Assembly (NCBI RefSeq): GCF_006345805.1
Contig: NW_021823655.1
Coordinates: forward strand, 1 to 21,767
Length of the DNA: 21,767 bases
Direction of reading: 5' to 3'
Source: Octopus sinensis
Lineage: Eukaryota
The notes beneath the pieces were generated by a model. It was not told where the DNA came from and did no database searches. It saw only the letters and a list, made by a program, of their open reading frames with translations. Within the stretch, counting starts at the first letter, position 1. Every line of letters starts with the position of its first letter. Below, piece after piece: positions 9,440-21,767 of the stretch. Made by a program: the position numbers and the translations under genes.

Positions 9440-10526
9440 AGGTTTTAATGGACCTCATCATGAATGTCGAGGACATTAACGTTGTTCATTTTAATCAAAT
9501 GCAGAAAATAATTTTTTGATTTTTTGGCGGGAAGGTTTCAAGGACCTCATCATGTAAGTCGAGGACATCGTAGTTGTTCATTTTAACCAAAATGCAGAAA
9601 ATTTTTTTTAATTTTTTTTGGGGGAAGGTTTTAAGGACCCCATCATGTAAGTCGAGGACTTCGTAGTTGTTCATTTTAACTAAACTGCAGAAAATTTTTT
9701 TTAATTTTTTTTGGGGGGGAAGGTTTTAAGGACCTCATCATGTAAGTCGAGGACATCGTAGTTGTTCATTTTAACCAAAATGCAGAAAATTTTTTTTAAT
9801 TTTGTTTGGGGGGGAAGGTTTTAAGGACCTCATCATGTAAGTCGAGGACATCGTAGTTGTTCATTTTAACCAAAATGCAGAAAATTTTTTTTAATTTTTT
9901 TGGGGGGAAGTTTTAAGGACCTCATCATGTAAGTCGAGGACATCGTAGTTGTTCATTTTAACCAAAATGCAGAAAATTTTTTTTAATTTTTTTGGGGGGG
10001 AAGGTTTTAAGGACCCCATCATGTAAGTCGAGGACATCGTAGTTGTTCATTTTAACCAAAATGCAGAAAATTTTTTTTAATTTTTTTTGGGGGGAAGGTT
10101 TTAAGGACCTCATCATGTAAGTCGAGGACATCGTAGTTGTTCATTTTAACCAAAATGCAGAAAATTTTTTTTTAATTTTTTTGGGGGGAAGGTTTTAAGG
10201 ATCTCATCATGTAAGTCGAGGACATCGTAGGGTGGAAGATTCTTGGAGGAGTTCATGATTTTAAGCTTGTTCCCCATTATTGGCTAATTATAAGGGGGAA
10301 AGATTTTGACAATTTATCTGTACTTTGCCAATTTGAAGTTGGTGTGCACACACAGACAGACAGACAGACAGACACACACCATACCATTTTTTTTTTTTTT
10401 TTTTTTTTGGTGCCTAATCAATTTATACAAACAAGACAAAAATTACAGATAGCTAAGTTAGTTAAAGGCCTCACGAGACACCCGACCAGCCGCGCGAATG
10501 GCGAAGACGATTTTATTATTAAGATT
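9440..10526 (-). repeat. Microsatellite plus ~94-bp satellite array element, copy B (DINE-1/Helentron-associated-like architecture)
   Basis: The GAGGAC anchor recurs at about 9469, 9561, 9654, 9749, 9844, 9936, 10030, 10124 and 10218 (9 units). (AGAC)5 lies at 10354-10373, followed by a long T run. The terminal 17-mer ATTTTATTATTAAGATT is shared with copy A. The family assignment is inferred from architecture only. Confidence 0.8.
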
Positions 10527-10552
10527 TCGGTACTTTTGTAAAGTACCATTTC

Positions 10553-11226
10553 GGTACTTTTGTCGAAGTGGTCGCAGTTTTTTTAGAAGATAATTAAAAT
10601 TAATTAATTTTTTTAGTGAAAAATAGATTATTTAATTTATAACCCTCTATCAATAATTTAAATGGTTATTAAAATTATTTAAAAATTTATTTAACCAATT
10701 TAGTCATTTTTAGTACGCGGCATCCAAATTCCAGGACTGTAGAAGGAATTTATGTCTTTTACAATCTGTGCAAAAGATTCCTTATAGTTCTGTATTTGTT
10801 TTCGCCACATAAATTCTGAAAAAATAACTAACTAAAAAAACCTGCGAAATAAGATCCCAGATGATGTCTTACAGCTCCTCTTTGAGCTTTATTCTTGCAT
10901 TTTGCACTTATACGTGATTTTGAAAGGATATCCACATTTTGCAGAAAATGCACTGCATCCTCCTTACTTATTGGGAGCTGTCGGAATTTGATGTTGCATA
11001 AGTCCACAACAGAATTTTCCATGTGACCTATAGTGCCAGTTTATATCAATATTAGGTACATGCTCGCCATAATATTAAAAAAATTAGAAAATAAATTAGT
11101 AAAAAATTTAATAATATTTTAAATTATTGATAGAGCGACTTAAATAAAATATAATATATTCCACCTCAAAAATTATTAGATTTTTAAAAGGCCTAAAAAA
11201 ACTGCGACCACTTCGACAAAAGTACC
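10553..11226 (-). mobile_element. Non-autonomous Merlin/IS1016-type element (674 bp, internal deletion)
   Basis: TIRs of about 30 bp, GGTACTTTTGTCGAAGTGGTCGCAGTTTTTTT and its reverse complement. 8-bp AAGATTTC at 10521-10528 and 11227-11234. The 3' arm is near-identical to 19063-19418. It retains the transposase N-terminus (MENSVVDL...SKSRI) fused to the C-terminus. Confidence 0.9.
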
Positions 11227-12730
11227 AAGATTTCTAACTGATTGGTTGTACCAAAAAAGTCGTGCACAACCCAAGTTAATGAATTAAAATTTTGTTTTAA
11301 TTATTTAATGAGAACCTTGGTTTTTATGGATTTAAAGTTTCTGATTGCAGTGGTTTATGAACTTTCTTCTCGATAAAACCCATGCTTCTCGAGCAAGTTA
11401 AGATAGAGATGATCACGAAAATATTATGTAAATTAAGGAATTGTTAAGAATATTATATAATTAAATAAATATTGTAAGTTCATGTTTCCGCAAATTTTTT
11501 GCTCGGCTCCCAAATGAGTAAATTTGAGAAGTTTTACTGTATATTTTATATGAATTCATATTAGGTTTTTTCTAACATTTTGGTTTTAGTTTTGACTGAA
11601 CTTTATTGTGGCGATCTGATTCAAATTGGGCTAATTACTACTAAGACCTATCATCTCAACATGTTGCTATAAATAATTACCGTCAGCTTTATCTACGGAA
11701 TTTTTTTGCGACTAGAACATAAATATAATCGTTTGTTGATGCTTACAGGTTTTTAAAAAAATGCAACATCTCTGAAGAAAGAAGGCCAAATATTATTCAT
11801 ACAATAATATTTAATTTTAATTCCTTCGTGCTGTTGCAATAAAAATCTAGAAAAGTGTTTCAATAGTACTTAACACTGAAGAACATATTGTTATATAAAA
11901 ATCAAACGACACTAAAACAAAACCTACGAATTTATAAAAATAAATAAAACTTTTTTGGCATAGATCAGGTTTTTGAGTTAATTTTTCTTGTTGTACTTGT
12001 AGTGGTGTTTACAGTGGTGGTTATATTTGAACAAATTTTTCTAAATTAACCATAGACTGTAGCAATGAACATACAACTACACAGTTAGCTAGATATTTTA
12101 CAAAAAAGAATTATAAATTTCATTTAATCTTAATCAGAGATTCGCTATAAATATTAAGATATTCTAACTGCGAAATGTGTTAAAGTTGCAATTAACAAAA
12201 TAAATTATTCTTTTAAATCAGTTCAAAAATTAAGCGAGCTTAAGAGCGAAATATCAAATTTTTCGAATTTATGTTAAATTATTTATTTTACTAGGAGCTT
12301 GTATCTGATGAATTTTTATTTCATAAGATGTGATTTCTTTATTCTTGCACTACCTAAAGAGAATATGACTTTAAACGAGCTTATAGACTACTAATCATGT
12401 AACCCATGTCCAAAATACTCTAATAAATTTAAAAACTCACTCATTGAATTATGTGAAACTCGTAATCCTCTTTAGGAACCGACCAAAAAATTCTGGCCCG
12501 AAAACTCTATTTATAGTAATTCTAAAATATTTTTAAGGTTTCGAAAACAGTATGGATTCTACAACATATCACCTGGTACTAAGAGAGACGAAAGTCAAAG
12601 ACCCTCACATGATTATGGATTAGCATAAAATAAGTACACAGCTAGCTTGCAACAATTTACGTGTAAAAATGAAAAACAAAAATCCAATGAAAGAAATCAA
12701 AAATTATAAATAGAAACCGAAATGAAAAAT

Positions 12731-14803
<2,073 letters not shown>

Positions 14804-16699
14804 TGTAGTTTATTATTTATAAATACTGTATTAATATCTGCTAGTTTTATATTAATAAAAATAATAATAAAGTAAAGTAAAATCAAATTTACTGATCATA
14901 AATCATTCATTTACTTTTCTGTTATAACAACTGCCCTCTCAAGTGCACGGCTTATTTTTGTCTATCACTCAGTCTCGTTCTTTGATTAGTCAGCTTATAC
15001 ACGTTTTCTAGTTGATTCGATGCACACATCAAAGTCTCTTTCATTTTTTTATAAAATCACCTCAAATCAGTTCTCCTTGATTTACGGAATCTGTTTTACT
15101 GAACTTCGTCTTTAAATGGGTCTAATACCCAACGAACCAATATTTAGCTCATTTATTAATATTTGACATTGCCTTATATTTGTTTCTTGTCTACGGTTGA
15201 AACAGTAGCTTTTTTGATTTAGCAAGACTATTTTGGAGTTCACTTTTCCAATTTGACTTTGTACGTTGGGGGGACTGATTGAGGTGCTGGCAAGCTTTCT
15301 AAATCGGTCAAATTGATTTAAAGCATGTTTTCAAAGAAAAAGTTTAGAGTTCGTGTTGAAAGTTATATTTCATTTAAAGTAGTTTGAGAGCTCTCAACAA
15401 ATCACACTTCAAAAAGATTCACTATCTCTTCTGTTGTTCACATTATATCTGGAATCTACTCTACTGAACAACAACAAAGACTACAATGATATAACTATGT
15501 AGATTGCATACGGTGACTAGTGGATTTTGTTTCAAATGGGAAGAAAACGCTTCAACTGCTTTTCAAAGTAATGGCACCCGTCAAAATGGTTTTGCATAAT
15601 GAAAATCTAAAAATATTAAGTTGACTGCGAATTGACTCGCAAAAAAATTGATAGAGGAAAACTAAAAGACCAAGAAACTTGGATTTTCCCTAAAAAATTT
15701 AAAGATATCAGAAATATGAAGTTCATGTCTGCTGCCAAAATGGAAAAACTGATAAAGGATTCGATAGGCCGACATCCCTTCAGGTTTCTGCTCCAAATAA
15801 GAATTTATAAAACATTTATGAAACCCGTTAAAAATTCTAGCACCTGGGAAGTCTATTTTCCAACTTTTAAAGTATTTAATCGACAGACCCTTAGATTCAA
15901 GTGATCACGGAGTCGCACTGGAATCTTTTTGAGTATATCTAAAGATTGAACCTAAGCACATTAGCAAATACAGCGAAAAATCACTGAGAGACGACAAGAT
16001 CTCAGAAGTCAACGTTCGACCATATAAAAATTAGATTTTGTGTTTTCCTTTCTGGTTTGGACAATTTTATTTTTTCCACGGCCTAACGAGTTTTTAAAAC
16101 AAACAAAAAATCATCAAAGTGTATAGCGAAGTTAAAAGAATGTTATCGAAAATTATTTCAAACAAGTTTCAAGCCATCCTGATTATATATCTATTCGTGC
16201 GATCAAATTATTTTTTGCAAACAACATCCTACGTACTCACTCGAAGGTTCTATCGTTCCAAGCGTTCTTTCCACAGAAATTGCGGCTAAACCTCACTCAA
16301 GGACACTGTTGCCACAACAATGGACTAGAAACCTACCTTCAAATATGGTCTGAATAAAACTCTGAACTGTCCAAACTGTGGCTTACTCAATCTAGCTTCA
16401 TGATTATTTTCATAAGCTTTTCGTTAACTTAACCATATGTTATTTATGGTATATGTAAATATTTGTTCTATGACAACGATAAAAAGAAATTTTAAAATTA
16501 GCAAGATTTGATATTTCAAGTGCATTTCATTTCTGAACAAGAAATAATGTTCCAAAAAATCGATTTGTTTAAACTAAAAATTCTTACTGTCTAATATGGA
16601 ATTAGCTAATCATAATGAAATCAGAATAGGTATCTCATCCAGAACAAAGCAGGTTTTAGTCCTCCTTCAGAAAAAACAAAATCCTTTCAAAATCACGTA

Positions 16700-18330
16700 C
16701 AGTGGGGCAAAAAAGTCATGGCACCTTTGCAAATTTTGACTAAATTTAACAATTCTTTGCAAAAAAAAATTAAATACATTACTTTAAAAAATAAATTAGT
16801 AATATAGAACTTTTTAGATAAATTATTAAAAAAACTATTAAAGGAAATTATTAATAGTGCACTAATTAACGATTTATTTTTAAAAGTCAATTTTTTGAGG
16901 GAAAAAAGTAATGGCACGAAATCCAATTAATATTTAGTTGCATTCCCTTTTGCTAGCAGAACTGCCTCCAATCGTTTTTTGTAAGAAAAAATTAGTTTTT
17001 ACATTCTACTTTAGAAATATTTTCCATTCTTCGTAGCAAATTGTTTTTAATTCCTGGATATTTTTGGTTTTCTTAAGCCAACTTTTATTTTGAATATTTT
17101 CCATAAGTTTTCGATGGGATTCAGGTCTGGCGATTGACTTGGCCATTCCAAAACATTTATTTTGTTTTTTTCTAACCATTTAACGGTACTTTGACTTGTG
17201 CTTAGGATCGTTGTCATGCTGGAATGTCCAATGTTGTGTCAAATTTAAGTTCGCGACCGAAGGTAAAAGACATTTTTCCAAAATTTCGCAATATTTAAAA
17301 GAATTCATCATTCCATCAATTACAAATAGTTCACCAACACCTGTTGATGAAAAACAACCCCACAACATGATACTACCTCCCCCGTGCTTTACGGTAGGTA
17401 TGGTGCATTTTGGGATATACGCCTGATTTGATTTGCGCCAAATTGAAAGCGTGTAGTTCAGTCCAAAAAGTTGTATTTTTGATTCGTCCGACCACAAAAT
17501 ATTGTTTATGAATTCATTTTCTTTGTTCAAAAGATTTTTTGCATATTGGATTCGCGCTGAAAGGTGTATTTTCTTTAATAACGGAACTCGACGGGGCCTT
17601 CGCTTATTGATACCTTCTTTGCGTAGTGTAGAAGTGATTGTACGAAGGGACACTGACGTTCCTGTGATTTTTAAATTATCGGCCAATTCTTTTCGAGTTA
17701 TTTTTGGGTTTGAAGTAACTAATCTTTTCATTAATGAAGAAGAACGCAGAGATATCTTTTTTGGAGCACCCGATCTTGGTTTATTAATAACAGTTCCGCG
17801 TTGCTTCCATCGAGTAATAATATTTCGAACAGTACTTTTTGGTAATATCAACAATTTAGAAATCTCTCCATAACTTTTACCGTTTTGGTGGGCAGTTACA
17901 ACTCGTTGTTTTAGGTCCAAAGAATGCTCTTTTCTCATCGACGAGATAATTTTAATAAAAGGCGCGAAAAATAAAGTATTTTATACTAATCGGAATCTAC
18001 TAATCAATTATATTAATAGAACTAAGAATCAATTATTTCAAAGAAAAAACAAGGCACAAAAGATAATCATTTGTATCTTATTGTCAAAAAAATCCATATT
18101 TTTTGATAGTGTCATCACTTTTTTACACATCAAATTTGACGTTTTTCTAAATATGAAGAAAAACAATTATATTTATTTGAAATTCATGAATATAATTAGC
18201 ACGAAATGGGTTCAAAAGAATGCAAGATTTTATTGTATAGCATGATAAACTAAATCGAAAAAGTTATCATTGTAAAAATATATTGAATTAAAAAAAATGA
18301 TAGGTGTGCCATGACTTATTTGCCCCACTG
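16700..18330 (-). mobile_element. Full-length Tc1-family (DD34E) transposon, 1631 bp, inserted in a Merlin transposase gene
   Basis: 25-bp TIRs CAGTGGGGCAAA(A/T)AAGTCATGGCAC with 1 mismatch. TA duplicated at 16698-16699 and 18331-18332. Confidence 0.95.
16927..17938 (-). pseudogene. Tc1 transposase with four apparent 1-bp frameshifts in its last third
   Basis: Paired-like HTH N-terminus, then [26 protein letters not shown], and after a frameshift [15 protein letters not shown]...KGNATKY*. Confidence 0.9.
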
Positions 18331-19418
18331 TATATGTCCGAAGGGACATCAGATGGAATTAGTCTTGGGACCGAAGCTCAATTGGAAATGCTCAAGAGTT
18401 GGTTGTAGAGTCCAATGTTCTATTAAAAAAGGTATAATTTCTCTCAAATAATCTAGATACCTGGTTAGAGAATTGTAGATTGCCATTTGAGGATGTCATC
18501 GCCTACATATACTTATGGAGTTACGATAGGCATACCTTCAAATGGCTTCATCACGAATACAATTGGGGTGAACATACATATGTCGATTGGGCTATGTTTT
18601 TACGTGAAGTCTGTGTGGACGCACTTGTTAAAAGATCTGACGGCAAAATTGGTATTATTAATGTTTATTTCAGGTGGTCCTGGTATGATTGTGGAGGTAG
18701 ACGAGAGTATGTTTTCCAAACGGAAAAACAACTCTGGAAGAGTTTTACCAAAACAGTGGGTCTTCGGTGGTATTTGTCGAGCCACCAAACAGTGTTTTCT
18801 GCAACCAGTCGCGGATAGGAGCAGAGAAACACTGCTCAGTCTAGTAATTCGATATGTCGAGGTGGGAAGCATTATTTATAGTGACTGCTGGAAAGGTTAG
18901 CATTATTTGATTAACATTTAGGGTATTCAACTGATCAATTGGTTGAAAACGGCTACACACACGAAACCGTTAACCATAAGTAAGGAAATATAATATATTC
19001 AGAAAATTCTTTGTGGATCCAACGACGGGAGTGCACACCCAGACAGTAGAACGAATGTGGGGAAGTGCAAAATGCAAGAATATAAAGCTCAAAGAGGAGC
19101 TGTAAGACATCATCTGGGATCTTATTTCGCAGGTTTTTTTAGTTAGTTATTTTTTCAGAATTTATGTGGCGAAAACAAATACAGAACTATAAGGAATCTT
19201 TTGCACAGATTGTAAAGACATAAATTCCTTCTACAGTCCTGGAATTTGGATGCCGCGTACTAAAATGACTAAATTGGTTAAATAAATTTTTAAAATATTT
19301 TAATAACCATTTAAATTATTGATAGAGGGTTATAAATTAAATAATCTATTTTTCACTAAAAAAATTAATTAATTTTAATTATCTTCTAAAAAAACTGCGA
19401 CCACTTCGACAAAAGTAC
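18331..19418 (+). mobile_element. Merlin/IS1016-type element, 3' part (5' arm reduced to 19 bp at 16681-16699, left of the Tc1)
   Basis: The right TIR AAAAAAACTGCGACCACTTCGACAAAAGTAC ends at 19418 and lacks the terminal C. ATCCTTTCAAAATCACGTA at 16681-16699 matches the N-terminal coding sequence of the 10553-11226 copy. Confidence 0.88.
18332..19272 (+). pseudogene. Merlin (DDE_Tnp_IS1595-like) transposase with five tiny introns: 18432-18456, 18652-18673, 18896-18921, 18980-19002, 19133-19158
   Basis: Spliced product: ICPKGH...WKCSRVGC...SIKKDTW...KIGGPGMIVEVDES...WVFGGICR...IIYSDCWKGY...HETVNHKKFFVDPTTGVHTQTVERMW...YFAEFMWR. It is inactivated by the Tc1 insertion, by a 2-nt insertion near 19081 and by 1-nt deletions near the 3' end. 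Confidence 0.88.
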
Positions 19419-19727
19419 AAATTATTTTTTAATCAAAAACGTTTGTTTTGAATAAAATACAGTTACAGTGAAGTTTTACTTTCCATTTAATAGGATTTTA
19501 AATAAAGTACTGGAAAAATTGATTAAACACCTTTCGAATAACTTTCAAAGTTTTAACATGTCACAGGCACTACCGCTGCGGGTTACTGAATGCTCGAATT
19601 TAACATTTTAAGCATTTTTTTATAAAAATTAAACCTAAATTTTCTTAGTTATTATATTAAATTAAGAAATATATAATTTCAATATTTGTCAATATGAAGG
19701 ACGAATCTGTTGAATTTAAGAAATTAT

Positions 19728-21005
19728 TCGGTCCTTTCACCTGCCTTATTTAACTTACATCTGTCAAATATCCCGACGAACATAATACTCTACTCTCTCC
19801 TACGCTGATGACTTAATTTTTGCCTCCCGCCACCAAAACATAATCACCGCTTCTGGATTTCTGCAGGAACACATGAACACTCTTTCGTCCTGGCTGAAAT
19901 GCAATCTTCTTCAACCTTCTCCTTCCAAATCATCTGTTACGCTATTCACAACTGACCGCCGTCAGTTCAACTTAGAGCCTAAAACTATTCCTAGACAACA
20001 CTCCACTCCCAGTTGAAAAATCCCCCAAAATCTTGGGTCTGATATTTGATTGCTGTTTGTCCTTCTCGAAACATGTTTCATATATCTGTGGAAAATCCCA
20101 GAAAAAACTCAATGTGCTCCGAGCTATTGCGGGGACTTCATTTGGCAGGATAAGGAAAGTCTAACAACTGTATACAGTGGGCGCAAAAAAAATCCGGTTT
20201 TCTTATTTTTCGAATTTTTCAATATAAATTTTATATTATTTTTTTTTAATTTAGTATCATTTTGAAATGTAAATCGAGTATGTTTTTAATTTTGTACAAG
20301 CAGTTTATTAGAACAACTATGAACTACGCCATCCCTGCTTGGGGTTCTGCTTATCTATTACAAACCTTGAAAAACTTCAGAGAACTCAAAACTCAGCATT
20401 ACGAATTATTACCGGCTGTCTAAAAACGACACCTACCGACCACCTACATTGGAATCGAAAATCCTTCAATCAGTGACCATTTTGAAATGCTCGGGCTGCA
20501 ATTTCTTGACAAATGCCGAACCCTAAATCACCCTGGCTACTTCCTCTGGCACTCCACTAACAACAGGAGAATAGTTCCGACCCTCGCGGACAAAGTCCGC
20601 AAGCTTATACGATCCCCTCCGGACATTAACCAGAAGGGGATTCACGACCTGGTGGCTACGAGGGCAATCAGATGTCTTGGAATAAACAAGCTTCTGGGAC
20701 GCCTTCCGCCGCCAATTAATAAGATCGAATCCTCCCTCTCAAGAGAAGCCCGAGTGAACTTGGCTCGCCTCCGCTGTGGCCACCATACTGGCCTACACGA
20801 TTATCGCATAAAAATCGGTCTTGGAGAAATAACCCCTTCCTATTCCCTCAACGACCTTTTCTCCTGTCCAGGCCCGCCTTCTACTTCCTCGGAACACCGG
20901 ATCACGATCGGGGATCTTTGGGAGCGTCCGACATTGGCCCTAACGTTCTTGTTAGCCACCGGCTTCCTTCAATTGAAGGGGCCGGGGGTAAATAAATAAA
21001 TAAAA
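19728..21005 (+). mobile_element. 5'-truncated, degenerate non-LTR retrotransposon (RT C-terminal half; I-group-like by motif recall)
   Basis: SVLSPALFNL...SYADDL...SPKILGLIFD...LRAIAGTSFG...MNYAIPAW...QNSALRIITGC...LARLRCGHH, with several frameshifts and a (TAAA)n tail at about 20988-21005. Confidence 0.9.
20175..20294. mobile_element. 120-bp insertion in the LINE, flanked by duplicated TA, with one Tc1-like end
   Basis: TA at 20173-20174 and 20295-20296. Removing the insert and one TA restores ACT GTA TAC AAG CAG (TVYKQ). The insert starts CAGTGGGCGCAAAAAA but has no matching right TIR. Confidence 0.7.
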
Positions 21006-21061
21006 AGGCGGAGCATTTGATAATTTTTAAATTGATGATTTAACATGGGTATTCTATAAAG

Positions 21062-21684
21062 CAGGGCTGGCCAACCCAAGGCCCGCGGGCCGCATGCGGC
21101 CCGCGATGGAGTTTGGTGCGGCCCGCGAGAGAATTTTGTATGTAGTTAACCTATAAATACATTCAAGATAAATTTTTCTTAAGTTTAATAAATAAAGATA
21201 AATTTTATAAGTTTAATAAATTTTAAAGTTTATCTATTTTTGTAGCTGTTATCAATATGAAGAAAAGGAAAATTTTTGAAGAAAACAGGCAATTCAGCAA
21301 TCATTGGGAGAAGATTACTTTTTTATAATGCATAATTCCAAGCCAACATGTTTAATTTGCAAGGAGAAAGTATCGGTGGTGAAAGAGTACAATGTAAGAA
21401 GACATTATGAAACAAAGCATTCCGAATACGCGAAATTTAGTAAGGAATTGAAAACAAGGAAACTGGATTCGCTTAAATCTGAATTGAGAAATCAGCAAAG
21501 ACTATTAAATTCATCGATACACTTTTCTTCTGATACTGTTAAAGCAAGCTACTCTGTTGCAATGATAATTTCAAAGAGAATGAAATCATTTTCGGATGGA
21601 GAATTCGTAAAAGAGTGTTTGGATGCTGTCGTGAAAGACATTTTGCCAGATAAAACTAAAAACTTTGCAGACGGAAATAATTGA
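21062..21684 (+). mobile_element. hAT transposon 5' end (SPIN/GTF2IRD2-type zinc-finger transposase N-terminus), frameshifted and apparently truncated
   Basis: The left terminus is CAGGGCTGGCCAAC with GGCCCGCG subterminal repeats. ATG at 21257 gives MKKRKIFEENRQFSNHW, then a frameshift, then DYFF...CLICKEKVSVVKEYNVRRHYETKH...KSFSDGEFVKECL. Confidence 0.88.
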
Positions 21685-21767
21685 CCTACAGTGCAACAGT
21701 GAACTAAGACTTGTTTATCCTATTATATCCAAAATTGACTTTTATAACAAATATGTGACTGCAGAAA

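Noticed and set aside
9440-10230. CRISPR array
   Set aside because: The monomers are contiguous and near-identical with no unique spacers; variation is mostly homopolymer length. The context is eukaryotic and there are no cas genes.
11235-12730. Hidden gene downstream of LysRS (an intron-like GTGAGTTTTTAAATTTATTAG on the minus strand near 12420-12440)
   Set aside because: I could not assemble a consistent spliced ORF or recognise any motif.
21210-21245. Possible 5'-UTR intron upstream of the last hAT ATG (GT...TTTTTTGTAG)
   Set aside because: There is no reading-frame constraint to test it and several donors are possible.

Overview
AT-rich eukaryotic genomic DNA in the standard genetic code, consisting mostly of transposable elements around one intact housekeeping gene. 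That gene is cytosolic lysyl-tRNA synthetase (12731-14803, minus strand), which reconstructs to 549 aa after removing 12 spliceosomal introns: eleven of 24-31 nt, one of them GC-AG, and one of 121 nt. The main observation is that the same tiny GT-AG introns interrupt two DNA-transposon genes. The hAT transposase at 2618-4079 looks broken in the ORF track but becomes one uninterrupted ORF after removing introns of 27, 24 and 25 nt; it has intact TIRs, an 8-bp TSD and an empty-site paralogue nearby. The Merlin/IS1016-type transposase at 18332-19272 carries five introns of 22-26 nt. Also present are a non-autonomous hAT carrying a LINE RT filler, a full-length Tc1 nested in the Merlin, a Merlin deletion derivative, a Helitron 3' fragment, two LINE remnants, a SPIN/GTF2IRD2-type hAT 5' end, and two copies of a microsatellite plus ~94-bp satellite element. 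The organism cannot be identified from sequence alone; an intron-rich lineage with tiny introns (for example myxozoan, dicyemid or ascetosporean parasites) is only a guess. All gene models were built by manual translation and are not confirmed by transcripts.
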